Assembly (NCBI GenBank): GCA_019244185.1
Contig: JAFATB010000009.1
Span: 25,218-89,217, forward strand
Length of the DNA stretch: 64,000 nucleotides
Source: Acidobacteriota bacterium
GTDB lineage: Bacteria; Acidobacteriota; Thermoanaerobaculia; Gp7-AA8
Direction of reading: 5' to 3'
Both the position numbers and the translations under genes were made by a program. The notes beneath the pieces are model-generated. The model worked only from the letters and a program-made list of their open reading frames with translations, did not search any database and had not been told where the DNA came from. This document shows positions 18,981 to 29,317 of the stretch, piece by piece (within the stretch, counting starts at the first letter, position 1; each line of letters opens with the position of its first letter).

Positions 18981-18991
18981 AGCGAACGGCC

Positions 18992-19019
18992 TTGCGTCAC
19001 CACTGAAATTGAATATGAT
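18992..19019 (+). promoter_or_regulatory. Candidate sigma70 promoter of the act operon
   Basis: TTGCGT-N16-TATGAT in an AT-rich intergenic patch. Confidence 0.4.
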
Positions 19020-19115
19020 GCGCCTCGCCCGCGCGTCTCGCGCGCTCAGCCACGCGGCAGCGTCCCTGCCCTCTCACGGATTGAAATCTTCATCGACCGG
19101 ACGGTAGCACCTTAG

Positions 19116-19763
19116 ATGGCGCAGATCTTCCACCGCAGTGCCAATACGCTCTCGCGCGTCACGATCTTCGGCGCGATCTTCGTGGCCGGTTTCGTGCTCT
19201 GGACCATCGGCGGCATCGTCCGTTCGCCGTACTTCACGAACCAGGGCATTCATCGCGAGCAGGTCGTTCCCTTCAGCCATCAGCACCACGTCGCGGGACT
19301 CGGCATCGACTGCCGTTACTGCCACACGTCGGTCGAAGTCTCGAACTTCGCCGGCATCCCGCCGACCTCCACGTGCATGAACTGCCATGCGCAGATCTGG
19401 ACCAACGCGGAGATGCTCGAGCCGGTGCGCGCGTCGTACCGCACCGGGCAGCCGCTGCACTGGGTCCGCGTGCATCGCCTGCCCGACTTCGTCCACTTCA
19501 ATCACAGCATCCACGTCGCTAAAGGCGTCGGCTGCGCGACCTGCCACGGCCGCGTCGACCGCATGAATCTGATGTATCAGGCCTCGCCGCTCACGATGGA
19601 GTGGTGCCTCGACTGCCACCGCGCGCCGGAGAAGTACCTCCGGCCGAAAGAGGAAGTCTTCAACATGGCTTACGTCGCGAAGGATCAGGCGACGCTCGGC
19701 CCGCAACTGGTGAAAAAGTACGCCGTCCGGAGTCTCACGCACTGCTCGACCTGTCACTACTGA
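19116..19763 (+). CDS. actA: Alternative complex III pentaheme cytochrome c
   Basis: Five CxxCH motifs (CRYCH, CMNCH, CATCH, CLDCH, CSTCH), N-terminal TM, FSHQHH, FNHSIH. Confidence 0.93.
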   Translation: MAQIFHRSANTLSRVTIFGAIFVAGFVLWTIGGIVRSPYFTNQGIHREQVVPFSHQHHVAGLGIDCRYCHTSVEVSNFAGIPPTSTCMNCHAQIWTNAEMLEPVRASYRTGQPLHWVRVHRLPDFVHFNHSIHVAKGVGCATCHGRVDRMNLMYQASPLTMEWCLDCHRAPEKYLRPKEEVFNMAYVAKDQATLGPQLVKKYAVRSLTHCSTCHY

Positions 19764-19791
19764 GCCGGACGACGGCGGCAGAACCCGAATC

Positions 19792-22700
19792 ATGAGCGAT
19801 CAAAAAACCTTGAATTTCACCGAGTTCCGCGCGCGCGTGGGCGACCTGCGCGGCAAGGAATTCTGGCGCAGCCTCGAGGAGCTGTCGCGCAGCGACGTCT
19901 TCGACGAGTTCTTCGAACAGGAGTTCCCCCAGCAGGCGCTTCCGCTGAAGAAAGGCGTCGACCGCCGCGACTTCATGAAGCTCATGGGCGCGTCGGTGGC
20001 CATGGCCGGACTTGCGGCCTGCCGTCAGCCGGCGGAAGCCATCATTCCGTACGTCCGCCAGCCCGAGAGCATCATCCCCGGACGCCCGCTCTACTTCGCC
20101 AGCGCCATGACCCTCGGCGGCGTCGCCACCGGCGTGCTCGTCGAGAGCCACATGAACCGCCCCACCAAGATCGAGGGCAATCCCGAGCATCCGTCCTCGC
20201 TCGGCGCGAGCAACTCGTTCATGCAGGCCTCGATCCTCGGCCTCTACGATCCCGACCGCTCGCAGGTCGTCCGCCGCCTCGGCGACACCGCGACCTGGTC
20301 CGACTTCATCGGCGCGATCCAGCCGGTGCTCAACGCCGCGAAGACGAACGGCGCGGGGCTCCGCCTCCTCACGCAGACCATCACCTCGCCGTCGCTCGGC
20401 GCGCAGATCCAGCAGCTCCTCGCCATGTTCCCCGGCATGAAGTGGCACCAGTGGGAAGCGGTGAGCTACGACGGCGCGCGCGAAGGCGGACGGATGGCCT
20501 TCGGCAGCTACGTCAACACGGTCTACGACTTCACGAAAGCGAACGTCGTCGTCTCCCTCGGCTCGAACTTCCTCGACGAAGGTCCCGCGCACCTCCGCTA
20601 CGCGCGCGACTTCATGGGCCGCCGCCGCGTCCGCGCGGGCGAGGCCAACCGCATGAACCGCCTCTACGCGATCGAGGCCGGCATGACCTCGACCGGCTCC
20701 GTCGCCGAGCATCGCCTCGTCGTCAAGCCGTCGCAGATCGGCGAGATGGCGAACGCGCTGCTCAATGGCCAGGGCTCGAATCCCTTCCTCGCCGCGCTGC
20801 TCAAGGATCTCGAAGCCAACCGCGGCGCGAGCGCCTTCATCGCCGGCGACGAACAGCCCGCCGCCGTGCACGCGATCGCGCACGCGCTCAACGCGCGCTA
20901 CGGCAACATCGGCACGACCGTCACCATCACCGACTCGCTCGAAGTCGCCCCCACGAATCAGCTCGCGTCGCTGCAGGAGCTCGTGCGCGACATGAACGCC
21001 GGCGCCGTCAACGCGCTGGTGATCCTGGGCGGCAACCCCGTCTTCGACGCGCCGGTCGATCTGCAGTTCGTGAAGGCGCTCGACAAGGTGCCGTTCCGCG
21101 TCCATCACTCGCTGCACTACGACGAGACCTCGCTGCACTGCCACTGGCACATCCCCGACACGCACTACCTCGAGACATGGGGCGATGCGCGCGGCCACGA
21201 CGGTACGGTCTCAATCATCCAGCCGCTCATCGCGCCGCTCTACAACGGCCGCGCGACGTCCGAAGTCCTCGGCGCGCTCATCGGCGGTCTCGATCAGACG
21301 CCGTACGAGGCGGTACGCGCGTACTGGTTCGCGCACGGCGCAACCGAAGAGTCGTGGCGCCGCTGGGTCCACGACGGCGTGATTCCCAACAGCGCGCTCC
21401 CCGCGCGTGCGGGCGCCGTCCCGAACGCGCCGTCGCCAGCGCCCGCGATCGCGTCGAGCGGCATCGAGATCGAGCTGCGCCACGATCCGACGCTCTACGA
21501 CGGCCGCTTCGCGAACAACGCCTGGCTGCAGGAGCTGCCGAAGCCGCAGACCAAGATCACGTGGGACAACGTGATGATCGTCGGACCGAAGACGTCCGAG
21601 AAGATCGGCTATGACGCCGACGATCGCGACGGCAACGTCAACGAGCGCCGCACGCGCTTCGCCGACGTCCAGTACCGCGGCGTGAAGATGCGCCTGCCGG
21701 TGTGGGTCGTACCGGGACACTGCGAAGACGTCGCGACGATCTACTTCGGCCCCGGCCGCGAGCGCGGCGGCAAAGTCGCGGAAGGCACCGGCTTCAACAC
21801 GTATCCGCTGCGCTTCTCCGACGCGCTGCACGGCGGCCCCGGCGCGCAGATCGCCATGTCGGCCGCTTCGGAGATCTATCCGATCGCGTGCACGCAGGAA
21901 CATCAGTCGATCGATCCGAAAGTCGTCGGCGAGCGCGGCATCATCCGCGCCGGAACGCTCGCGGCGTATCTGAAGAACCCGCGCTTCGCGCAGGCCGAGG
22001 AGCATGGGAGCGACGTCGCCGGCGAAGGCAACGAGTCGTTCTACAAGCCGTACGACTACAGCGACAAACACGCCTGGGCGATGGTCATCGACCCGAGCGT
22101 TTGCACCGGCTGCAACGGCTGCGTCGCCGCGTGTCAGGCGGAGAACAACATCTCCGTCGTCGGCAAAGAGCAGGTCGTGCACGAGCGCGAGATGCACTGG
22201 CTGCGCATCGACCGCTACTACCGCGGCGACGTCGAGAATCCCGACGTCTTCCATCAGCCGGTGCCGTGCATGCAGTGCGAGCTCGCGCCGTGCGAGCCGG
22301 TGTGCCCGGTCGAGGCGACCTCGCACAGCGAAGACGGCCTCAATGACATGACGTACAACCGCTGCGTCGGCACGCGGTACTGCTCGAACAACTGCCCGTA
22401 CAAAGTGCGGCGCTTCAACTTCTTCCATTACGCCGACTACGACACGCCGTCGTTCAAGCCGATGCGCAATCCCGACGTCACCATCCGCACGCGCGGCGTC
22501 ATGGAGAAGTGCACGTACTGCGTGCAGCGCATCAACGCCGCGAAGATCGACGCCGAGCGCGAAGGCCGCCGCGTGCGCGACGGCGAAGTCGTCACCGCCT
22601 GCCAGCAGGCGTGCCCGACCCAGGCCATCGTCTTCGGCGACATGAACGACAAGACCAGTGCCGTCGCGCGCCTCAAAGCCCAGCCGCAGAACTACGCGAT

Positions 22701-22806
22701 GCTCGAAGAACTGCAGACGCGCCCGAGAACGACGTATCTCGCGACGATCCGCAACCCGAACCCGGAGCTGAAGCCGGAAAGCGCGGACACGGGGCGGGAG
22801 GGATAG
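19792..22806 (+). CDS. actB: Alternative complex III molybdopterin-oxidoreductase-like/Fe-S subunit
   Basis: WRSLEEL...RRDFMKLMG TAT-variant leader, RPTKIEGNPEHP, C-terminal ferredoxin cysteines (CTGCNGC, CMQC..C...CP, CVGTRYC, CTYC). Confidence 0.95.
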   Translation: MSDQKTLNFTEFRARVGDLRGKEFWRSLEELSRSDVFDEFFEQEFPQQALPLKKGVDRRDFMKLMGASVAMAGLAACRQPAEAIIPYVRQPESIIPGRPLYFASAMTLGGVATGVLVESHMNRPTKIEGNPEHPSSLGASNSFMQASILGLYDPDRSQVVRRLGDTATWSDFIGAIQPVLNAAKTNGAGLRLLTQTITSPSLGAQIQQLLAMFPGMKWHQWEAVSYDGAREGGRMAFGSYVNTVYDFTKANVVVSLGSNFLDEGPAHLRYARDFMGRRRVRAGEANRMNRLYAIEAGMTSTGSVAEHRLVVKPSQIGEMANALLNGQGSNPFLAALLKDLEANRGASAFIAGDEQPAAVHAIAHALNARYGNIGTTVTITDSLEVAPTNQLASLQELVRDMNAGAVNALVILGGNPVFDAPVDLQFVKALDKVPFRVHHSLHYDETSLHCHWHIPDTHYLETWGDARGHDGTVSIIQPLIAPLYNGRATSEVLGALIGGLDQTPYEAVRAYWFAHGATEESWRRWVHDGVIPNSALPARAGAVPNAPSPAPAIASSGIEIELRHDPTLYDGRFANNAWLQELPKPQTKITWDNVMIVGPKTSEKIGYDADDRDGNVNERRTRFADVQYRGVKMRLPVWVVPGHCEDVATIYFGPGRERGGKVAEGTGFNTYPLRFSDALHGGPGAQIAMSAASEIYPIACTQEHQSIDPKVVGERGIIRAGTLAAYLKNPRFAQAEEHGSDVAGEGNESFYKPYDYSDKHAWAMVIDPSVCTGCNGCVAACQAENNISVVGKEQVVHEREMHWLRIDRYYRGDVENPDVFHQPVPCMQCELAPCEPVCPVEATSHSEDGLNDMTYNRCVGTRYCSNNCPYKVRRFNFFHYADYDTPSFKPMRNPDVTIRTRGVMEKCTYCVQRINAAKIDAEREGRRVRDGEVVTACQQACPTQAIVFGDMNDKTSAVARLKAQPQNYAMLEELQTRPRTTYLATIRNPNPELKPESADTGREG

Positions 22807-22811
22807 AGATG

Positions 22812-22927
22812 AAAAGCGAATTGAGAACGCGGAACGCAGAACGAAGAATGCAGAAAAAGGACGCGTGTCCTGCGCGGTCCTCTTTCTACGTTCTGCGTTC
22901 TGCGTTCTGCGTTCTTCATTCGCTTTT
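22812..22927. repeat. Heptamer (GCAGAAC/GTTCTGC) inverted-repeat element
   Basis: Arms of about 55 bp (aaaagcgaa...ttcgctttt) built from heptamer units. Confidence 0.85.
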
Positions 22928-22937
22928 GGACTAATCC

Positions 22938-24371
22938 ATGGCCACAAAAGACGAAAAGCCACCACTCCACGAACTGCGTCCCGTCACGCAGGAAGTGCGC
23001 ATTCCCGAGCGCTTCATCCCGACGCCGACGATCGAGCCGGGGCACAACTTCGCCACGATCACCGATCACATCTCCACGATCGTCCTGCGCCGCAAGACGC
23101 CGTTCGGCTGGCTGATCGGCTTCCTCATCGCCCTCGGCGGCGTCGGCCTGCTCATGGCCACGCTGGCGCTGCTCGTCGGCAAGGGCGTCGGCATCTGGGG
23201 CATCAACCATCCGGTCGGATGGGGCATGGACATCATCAACTTCGTCTGGTGGATCGGCATCGGCCACGCCGGCACGCTGATCTCCGCGATCCTGCTCCTT
23301 CTCCGCCAGGAGTGGCGCACCTCGATCAACCGCTTCGCCGAAGCGATGACGCTGTTCGCCGTCGCCTCGGCCGGCCTGTATCCCGCGTTCCACACCGGCC
23401 GTCCGTGGTATGACTTCTGGCTCTTCCCGTACCCGAACACGATGACGCTGTGGCCGCAGTTCCGCAGCCCGCTGATGTGGGACGTCTTCGCGGTCTCGAC
23501 GTACGCCACCGTCTCGGCGCTCTTCTGGTACGTCGGCCTGATTCCCGATCTCGCGACGCTGCGCGATCGCGCCACGAACCTCTGGGTCAAGCGTGCGTAC
23601 GGCGCATTCGCGCTCGGCTGGCGCGGCTCGGCGAAGCACTGGCATCGCTACGAGCACGCGTACCTGCTGCTCGCGGGTCTGTCGACGCCGCTCGTGCTCT
23701 CGGTCCACACCATCGTCTCGTTCGACTTCGCGGTCGCGCAGCTGCCCGGCTGGCACGCGACGTTTTTCCCGCCGTACTTTGTCGCCGGCGCCGTCTTCGC
23801 GGGCTTCGCGATGGTGCTGACGCTGGCCATCCCCGCGCGGAAGTTCTTCCGCCTCGAGGACTTCATCACCATGAAGCACCTCGAGAACATGGGCAAGGTC
23901 ATGCTCGCGACGGGACTCATCGTCGCGTACGCGTACGCGATGGAGTGGTATTACGGCCTGTACAGCGGCAACGTCTTCGAGACGTTCATGCTGAAGAACC
24001 GCGCCACGGGTCCGTACTGGAAGATGTACGTCGCGCTGTGGGTGTGCAATGGTCTCGCGCCGCAGATGATGTGGCTCAAGCGCTGCCGCACGTCGACGTT
24101 CTGGCTGTTCGTCACGGCGATGTTCGTCAACGTCGGCATGTGGCTCGAGCGCTTCGTCATCATCCCCGCGTCGCTGCACCGCGACTTCCTCGTGTCGTCG
24201 TGGGGCATGTATCACGGCTCGAAATACGACTGGAGCTTCTTCATCGGCTCGATCGGTCTCTTCTTCGCGCTGCTGTTCCTGTTCGTCCGCTTCCTGCCGA
24301 TGATCTCCATCTTCGAGATGCGCACGCTGGTCCCCGAGGCGCAGGTGCATGCGGAAGGGGAGGAGCACTAA
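22938..24371 (+). CDS. actC: Alternative complex III NrfD/PsrC-family quinol-binding subunit
   Basis: FVWWIGIGHAGTLISA, INRFAEAMT, HTGRPW, WLERF. Confidence 0.95.
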   Translation: MATKDEKPPLHELRPVTQEVRIPERFIPTPTIEPGHNFATITDHISTIVLRRKTPFGWLIGFLIALGGVGLLMATLALLVGKGVGIWGINHPVGWGMDIINFVWWIGIGHAGTLISAILLLLRQEWRTSINRFAEAMTLFAVASAGLYPAFHTGRPWYDFWLFPYPNTMTLWPQFRSPLMWDVFAVSTYATVSALFWYVGLIPDLATLRDRATNLWVKRAYGAFALGWRGSAKHWHRYEHAYLLLAGLSTPLVLSVHTIVSFDFAVAQLPGWHATFFPPYFVAGAVFAGFAMVLTLAIPARKFFRLEDFITMKHLENMGKVMLATGLIVAYAYAMEWYYGLYSGNVFETFMLKNRATGPYWKMYVALWVCNGLAPQMMWLKRCRTSTFWLFVTAMFVNVGMWLERFVIIPASLHRDFLVSSWGMYHGSKYDWSFFIGSIGLFFALLFLFVRFLPMISIFEMRTLVPEAQVHAEGEEH

Positions 24372-24376
24372 ACCTC

Positions 24377-24925
24377 ATGGCCATCGGAAAAATCAGAGAA
24401 GGGTTGTACGGCGTGATCGCCGAATTTCACGACCCGCAGGCGCTGCTCGACGCGACGAACGCGGTGCGCGAGCACGGCTACACGTCCATCGACGCGTTCT
24501 CGCCGTTCCCGATCCACGGTCTGGCCGAGGCGGTCGGCTTCCACAAGTCGCGCCTCTCCGCGATCGTTCTCGGCATGGGCATCCTCGGCGGTCTGGGCGG
24601 CTTCTTCATGTGCTGGTACGCGAACGTCGTCAGCTATCCGCTCAACATCGGCGGCAAGCCGTACAACTCGTGGCCGGCGTGGATCCCGATCACGTTCGAA
24701 TGCACGATTCTCCTCGCCGCGTTCGGCGCCGTGCTGGGCATGCTCGCCCTCAACGGGCTGCCGATGCCGTATCACCCCGTTTTCAACGTGCGCCGCTTCG
24801 ACTCCGCGTCGCGCGACAAGTTCTTCCTCGTCATCCAGGCGCGCGACCCGCGGTTCAACCTCGACGAAGCGCGCGCCCTCCTCAAAACGCTCGGACCACG
24901 GGAGGTCACCGATGTTCCGTGGTGA
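24377..24925 (+). CDS. actD: Alternative complex III subunit D (DUF3341)
   Basis: DAFSPFPIHG, YPLNIGGKP, PITFE. Confidence 0.92.
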   Translation: MAIGKIREGLYGVIAEFHDPQALLDATNAVREHGYTSIDAFSPFPIHGLAEAVGFHKSRLSAIVLGMGILGGLGGFFMCWYANVVSYPLNIGGKPYNSWPAWIPITFECTILLAAFGAVLGMLALNGLPMPYHPVFNVRRFDSASRDKFFLVIQARDPRFNLDEARALLKTLGPREVTDVPW

Positions 24926-25619
24926 TGATCGCGCGCTGCGCGCGCGGAATGAAGAACGCAGAACGCAGAACGCAGAATGCAGAAAGCGTTCTCCGCGTCG
25001 TCATTCTTCATTCTTCATTCTGCGTTCTGCGTTCTTCATTCTGCTTTTCGTCATGGCCGGTTGCCGGCAGAAGATGTCCAACCAGCCCAAGTACGACCCG
25101 CTCGAGGCGTCGGACTTTTTCGCGGACGGCATGTCCGCGCGGCCGCGCGTGCCGGGCACGATCGCGCGGGGCGAGCTGTCGAACGATCCGTTTCTCGATA
25201 CCGGCAAGATCAACGGCGTCGAGGCGGACGGCTTCCCGTTCCCGGTGACGCGCGCCGTCGTCGATCGCGGCGAACAGCGCTTCAACATCTACTGCTCCGA
25301 ATGCCACGGCCGCGTCGGCGACGGCAACGGCATGATTCCGTCGCGCGGCTATCGCCATCCGCCGTCGTTCCACACGGCGTCGCTGCGCGCGGCGAACACG
25401 GGACATTTCTTCGACGTGATGACCAGTGGATTCGGCGCGATGCCGCCGTACGGCACCATGATTCCGACGCGCGACCGCTGGGCGATCGTCGCCTACATCC
25501 GCGCGCTGCAGCTCAGCCAGAACGCGACCGTGGCGGACGTGCCGCCCGCGCAGCGCGCGAACCTCGACGCTCCGGCGGAAGACGCGGCCGCGAGCCCGGC
25601 GGCGGAGGCGACGCACTGA
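24912..25619 (+). CDS. actE: Alternative complex III monoheme cytochrome c lipoprotein
   Basis: Lipobox MAGC followed by RQKMSNQPKY, CSECH, GAMP, RWAIVAYIRALQ. Confidence 0.9.
   Translation: MFRGDDRALRARNEERRTQNAECRKRSPRRHSSFFILRSAFFILLFVMAGCRQKMSNQPKYDPLEASDFFADGMSARPRVPGTIARGELSNDPFLDTGKINGVEADGFPFPVTRAVVDRGEQRFNIYCSECHGRVGDGNGMIPSRGYRHPPSFHTASLRAANTGHFFDVMTSGFGAMPPYGTMIPTRDRWAIVAYIRALQLSQNATVADVPPAQRANLDAPAEDAAASPAAEATH
24944..25044. repeat. Heptamer inverted-repeat element inside the actE 5' end
   Basis: gaagaac/gcagaac run followed by attcttc/gttctgc run. Confidence 0.85.
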
Positions 25620-26833
25620 TGAGCGCCGATACGCAAACCTCCCGTCCGCACGCCACCGGCATCGCCCGCGCGCAGACGCCGCTGCTCATCGTCGGCATCA
25701 TCGGCATCGTCGTCGCCGCGATCGGCTTCGTCACGAACGCGCCGGAGTTCTATCGCGCCTGGCTGCCGGCGTTCATCTTCTGGTTCTTCATCCCCGCGGG
25801 CGCGCTCGGCGTGCTCTGCCTGCAGTACGTCACCGGCGGCGAGTGGGGTCTGCTCATCCGCCGTCCGCTCGGCGCGGCCGCGCGCACGCTGCCGCTGTTC
25901 CTCCTCTTCGGATTGCCGATCGTCTTCGGCCTGCAGTACGTCTACGCGTGGGCGAACCACGACATCGTCGCGCACGACGTGCTGCTCTCGCGCAAGTCGG
26001 TCTATCTCAATCCGACCGCGTGGATCATCCGCACGCTCGTCTATTTCGCGCTGTGGACGCTGTGGGCGTGGCGCATCCGCATCCTCTCGCTCGACTTCGC
26101 GAAGACGCGCTCGCCGTACACGGAGCTCACGCGCCGCCGCTGGAGCGCCGCGGGCCTGCTGATGATCGTGCTCACGCTCACCACGACCTCGGTCGACTGG
26201 GTGATGTCGCTCGAGCCGAAGTGGTATTCGTCGATGTACGGCATCGCGTTCACCGTCAGCGCGGGTCTCTCCGCGTTCGCGTTCGTGACGTTCTTCCTCA
26301 CGCTCCTCGCCGACAACCCGGCCATGGAAGGCGTGCTCAAGCCGATGCACTTCCGCGACCTCGGCAACCTGATGCTCGCCTTCACGATGCTCTGGGCGTA
26401 CACGAACTTCTCGCAGTTCCTGCTCGTCTGGTACGGCAACATCAAGGAAGAGACGCCCTACTACCTCAAGCGCATGCACGGCGTCTGGGGCTGGATGGCC
26501 GCGGCCCTCGTGCTGTTCCACTTCTTCCTGCCGTTCTTCATGCTGCTCATGCGCTCGATCAAGGACCGGCCGAAGACGATCGCCATCGTCACGGTGGTGA
26601 TCCTCATCATGCGCTTCGTCGATACGTACTGGCTGATCGGCCCGGCGTACGGCTACGAGCACTTCCACTTCTCCTGGATCACGATTTTCGCGTTCATCGG
26701 CATCGGCGGGCTGTGGCTCGCCGCGTTCATCGCGCAACTGAAGGGACAGACCATCATCCCGATTCACGAGTCGTGGGTCGACGAGGCGCTGCGCGAGGGA
26801 ACGCTGCAACGGGAGGCCGTGCGCCATGCCTGA
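25619..26833 (+). CDS. actF: Alternative complex III subunit F
   Basis: About 10 TMs, DWVMSLEPKWYSSMYG, DLGNLMLAF..LWAY..FSQFLLVWYGN. Confidence 0.92.
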   Translation: MSADTQTSRPHATGIARAQTPLLIVGIIGIVVAAIGFVTNAPEFYRAWLPAFIFWFFIPAGALGVLCLQYVTGGEWGLLIRRPLGAAARTLPLFLLFGLPIVFGLQYVYAWANHDIVAHDVLLSRKSVYLNPTAWIIRTLVYFALWTLWAWRIRILSLDFAKTRSPYTELTRRRWSAAGLLMIVLTLTTTSVDWVMSLEPKWYSSMYGIAFTVSAGLSAFAFVTFFLTLLADNPAMEGVLKPMHFRDLGNLMLAFTMLWAYTNFSQFLLVWYGNIKEETPYYLKRMHGVWGWMAAALVLFHFFLPFFMLLMRSIKDRPKTIAIVTVVILIMRFVDTYWLIGPAYGYEHFHFSWITIFAFIGIGGLWLAAFIAQLKGQTIIPIHESWVDEALREGTLQREAVRHA

Positions 26834-27443
26834 GCATTACCACTACGAGGACGACGATCTCTTCAACCCGGAGACGAAGCACGAGGAATCCGACGTGCCG
26901 CTCAGCCCCCTTTTCTGGGGTATCGCCGGCTTCATCGTCTTCGCAATCATCACGCACTTCCTGATCTACGGCTTCTATCAGGGACTGCGCAAAATCGAGC
27001 GCGGGCACACGCCGCCGCCGCAGACCGCGATCGCCATTCCGCCGAACTCCAACGTTCCGCAGAACCAGCCGCTGCTCCAGCCGTTCCCGCGCAAGATCGC
27101 GAACGGCGAGATCCTCGCGCCGAACCGCGGCACGCCCGTGGTCGACCTGCTGGACATGCGGAAAGGCGAGGAGAAGGTCCTGCGGAATTACGGCTGGGTC
27201 GACAAGCAGAAAGGCGTCGTGCACATCCCGATCGACGTCGCCAAAGATCTCGCCGTGCAGCGCCTCGCCAGCGCCGCGCCGCACGTTCCCGCGTCCGCTC
27301 CGGGCGCCGGCGTGCCGCCGGCGGCGGTGACGCCCGACACCGGCGTCGCTCCCGCGCCCGCCGCGACGAATCCCGCCGCCGCGGCGCCGGCGGGCGCGAA
27401 CACCGCCACCACGACCTCGACCACCGGAGGCACGCCGCAGTGA
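26826..27443 (+). CDS. actG: Alternative complex III subunit G-like
   Basis: HEESD, single TM, YGWVDKQKGVVHIPIDVA; position after actF. Confidence 0.7.
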   Translation: MPEHYHYEDDDLFNPETKHEESDVPLSPLFWGIAGFIVFAIITHFLIYGFYQGLRKIERGHTPPPQTAIAIPPNSNVPQNQPLLQPFPRKIANGEILAPNRGTPVVDLLDMRKGEEKVLRNYGWVDKQKGVVHIPIDVAKDLAVQRLASAAPHVPASAPGAGVPPAAVTPDTGVAPAPAATNPAAAAPAGANTATTTSTTGGTPQ

Positions 27444-28258
27444 TCCTCCGCCGCGCGTGTGCCGCGTTGTTGCTCGTCGCTGCCGTCGCCGCGTCCGCGC
27501 AGACGTCGTCGACGCCCGCGCGGCTTCCCGGCAACGTCAGCATCGCGCAGAAGCTCGGCTCGCGCATTCCGCTGCAGCTGATGTTCCGCGACGAGACTGG
27601 CGGCGTCGTGCATCTCGACTCGTACTTTCATCACGACAAGCCGGTGCTGCTGCAGTTCGTCTACTACAGCTGCCCGATGCTCTGTCCGATGGTCCTCGAG
27701 GGGACGACCAGCGCCCTGACGGAGCTGAAGTTCGACATCAACAAACAGTTCGACGTCATCACCGTCAGCATGGATCCGCGCGACAAGCCGGCCGCGGCGA
27801 TGCAGTTCAAGGAGAAGTACCTTCGCCGCTACGGACGCCTCGAGTCCGCGCCGGGCTGGCACTTCCTCACGGGCAACGAGTCGTCGATCAAGGCGCTCGC
27901 GGACTCCGTCGGCTTTCAGTTCGCGTACGACGGGCAGCGCGACCAGTTCGCGCACGGCGCCGCGCTGATGGTCCTCACGCCCGAGGGGGTTACGTCACGG
28001 TATTTCTACGGCTTCGAGTACAAGCCGCGCGATCTGCGTTTGGCCATCACCGAAGCCTCGGCAGGAAAAGTCGGAGGGTTCACCGAACAGCTTCTTCTCC
28101 TCTGCTACCACTACGACCCGGCCGTCGGGAAGTACAGCCGCGACGCGATGACGTTCGCCCGCGCCGGCGGCGTCGCCACCGTGGCCTTCCTGGGGGGCTT
28201 CATCTTCCTCATGCTGCGGAGTGAGCGGCGGAAGTCATCGTTCGAGACGACACCATGA
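27440..28258 (+). CDS. SCO-family copper chaperone
   Basis: CPMLC (CxxxC), QFAH, C-terminal TM. Confidence 0.9.
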   Translation: MILRRACAALLLVAAVAASAQTSSTPARLPGNVSIAQKLGSRIPLQLMFRDETGGVVHLDSYFHHDKPVLLQFVYYSCPMLCPMVLEGTTSALTELKFDINKQFDVITVSMDPRDKPAAAMQFKEKYLRRYGRLESAPGWHFLTGNESSIKALADSVGFQFAYDGQRDQFAHGAALMVLTPEGVTSRYFYGFEYKPRDLRLAITEASAGKVGGFTEQLLLLCYHYDPAVGKYSRDAMTFARAGGVATVAFLGGFIFLMLRSERRKSSFETTP

Positions 28259-29307
28259 TGCTTGCGGATTTCCCACTGTTTCCCGAACAGGCGTCGACCG
28301 CCGCGCGCACCGTCGACACCCTGTATCTGTTCCTCGTCGCCCTCACCGGCACGGTGTCGATCCTCATCTGGATCGTCATCTTCTACTTCGCCATCAAGTA
28401 CCGTCGCCGTCCCGACAACGAGCTGGCGCAGGAGCAGGAGCCGCCGAAGGCGCTCGAGCTCACCTGGACCATCGTTCCGACCATCATCTTCCTCGGCATC
28501 TTCGTCTGGGGCGCGTGGGCGTTCTTCCACGTGCAGCGCGTGCCGGACGACGCCATCGAGGTCTACGCGACCGGCCGCCAGTGGATGTGGAAGTTCCAGC
28601 ACGCGAGCGGACAGCGCGAGATCAACACGCTGCACGTGCCCGTCAATCGGCCCGTGAAGATCACGTTCGCATCCGAAGACATCATTCACAGCCTCTGGTT
28701 CCCCGCGTTCCGCGTGAAGGCGGACGTGCTGCCGAGCCGCTATCGCACGATGTGGTTCCAGGCCACGAAGACGGGACGCTTCCACATCTTCTGCGCCGAG
28801 TACTGCGGCACGCTGCACTCCGGCATGACGGGGTGGGTGGAAGTGATGGAGCCGACCGCGTATCAGCGCTGGCTGGCCGGCGGCAGCGAAGGCTCGATGG
28901 CCTCGCAGGGCGAGCAGCTCTTCCAGAAATACGCGTGCAACACCTGCCACACGAACGACGCCACCGGCCGCGGCCCCGTGCTCGCGGGCCTGTACGGCAA
29001 GACCATTCAGCTCGCCGACAACCGCAACGTCGTCGCCGACGACAACTACATCCGCGAGTCGATCCTCAATCCGCAGGCGAAGATCGCGAAAGGCTTCACG
29101 CCGATCATGCCGACGTTCCAGGGACAGGTGAGCGAGGAAGACCTCATGCGCCTGCTCGCGTACGTGAAGTCGCTCGGCCAGCCGCAGACGTCGTCGCTCG
29201 CGGTCGAGTCGCCGCGATCGCTGCAGACGAGCGCCGGCGCTCCGACCACGACCGGCGCCGCCGCATCGACGAGCACCGCCGCTCCGGCCACGAACACGAA
29301 TCCATAG
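28255..29307 (+). CDS. coxB: Cytochrome caa3 oxidase subunit II with fused cytochrome c
   Basis: CuA site DIIHS...[12 protein letters not shown]; CNTCH. Confidence 0.95.
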   Translation: MMLADFPLFPEQASTAARTVDTLYLFLVALTGTVSILIWIVIFYFAIKYRRRPDNELAQEQEPPKALELTWTIVPTIIFLGIFVWGAWAFFHVQRVPDDAIEVYATGRQWMWKFQHASGQREINTLHVPVNRPVKITFASEDIIHSLWFPAFRVKADVLPSRYRTMWFQATKTGRFHIFCAEYCGTLHSGMTGWVEVMEPTAYQRWLAGGSEGSMASQGEQLFQKYACNTCHTNDATGRGPVLAGLYGKTIQLADNRNVVADDNYIRESILNPQAKIAKGFTPIMPTFQGQVSEEDLMRLLAYVKSLGQPQTSSLAVESPRSLQTSAGAPTTTGAAASTSTAAPATNTNP

Positions 29308-29317
29308 GTATCGAACG

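Noticed and set aside
22812-22927. CRISPR or IS element for the heptamer hairpins
   Set aside because: No spacers, no transposase and no clear target-site duplication.
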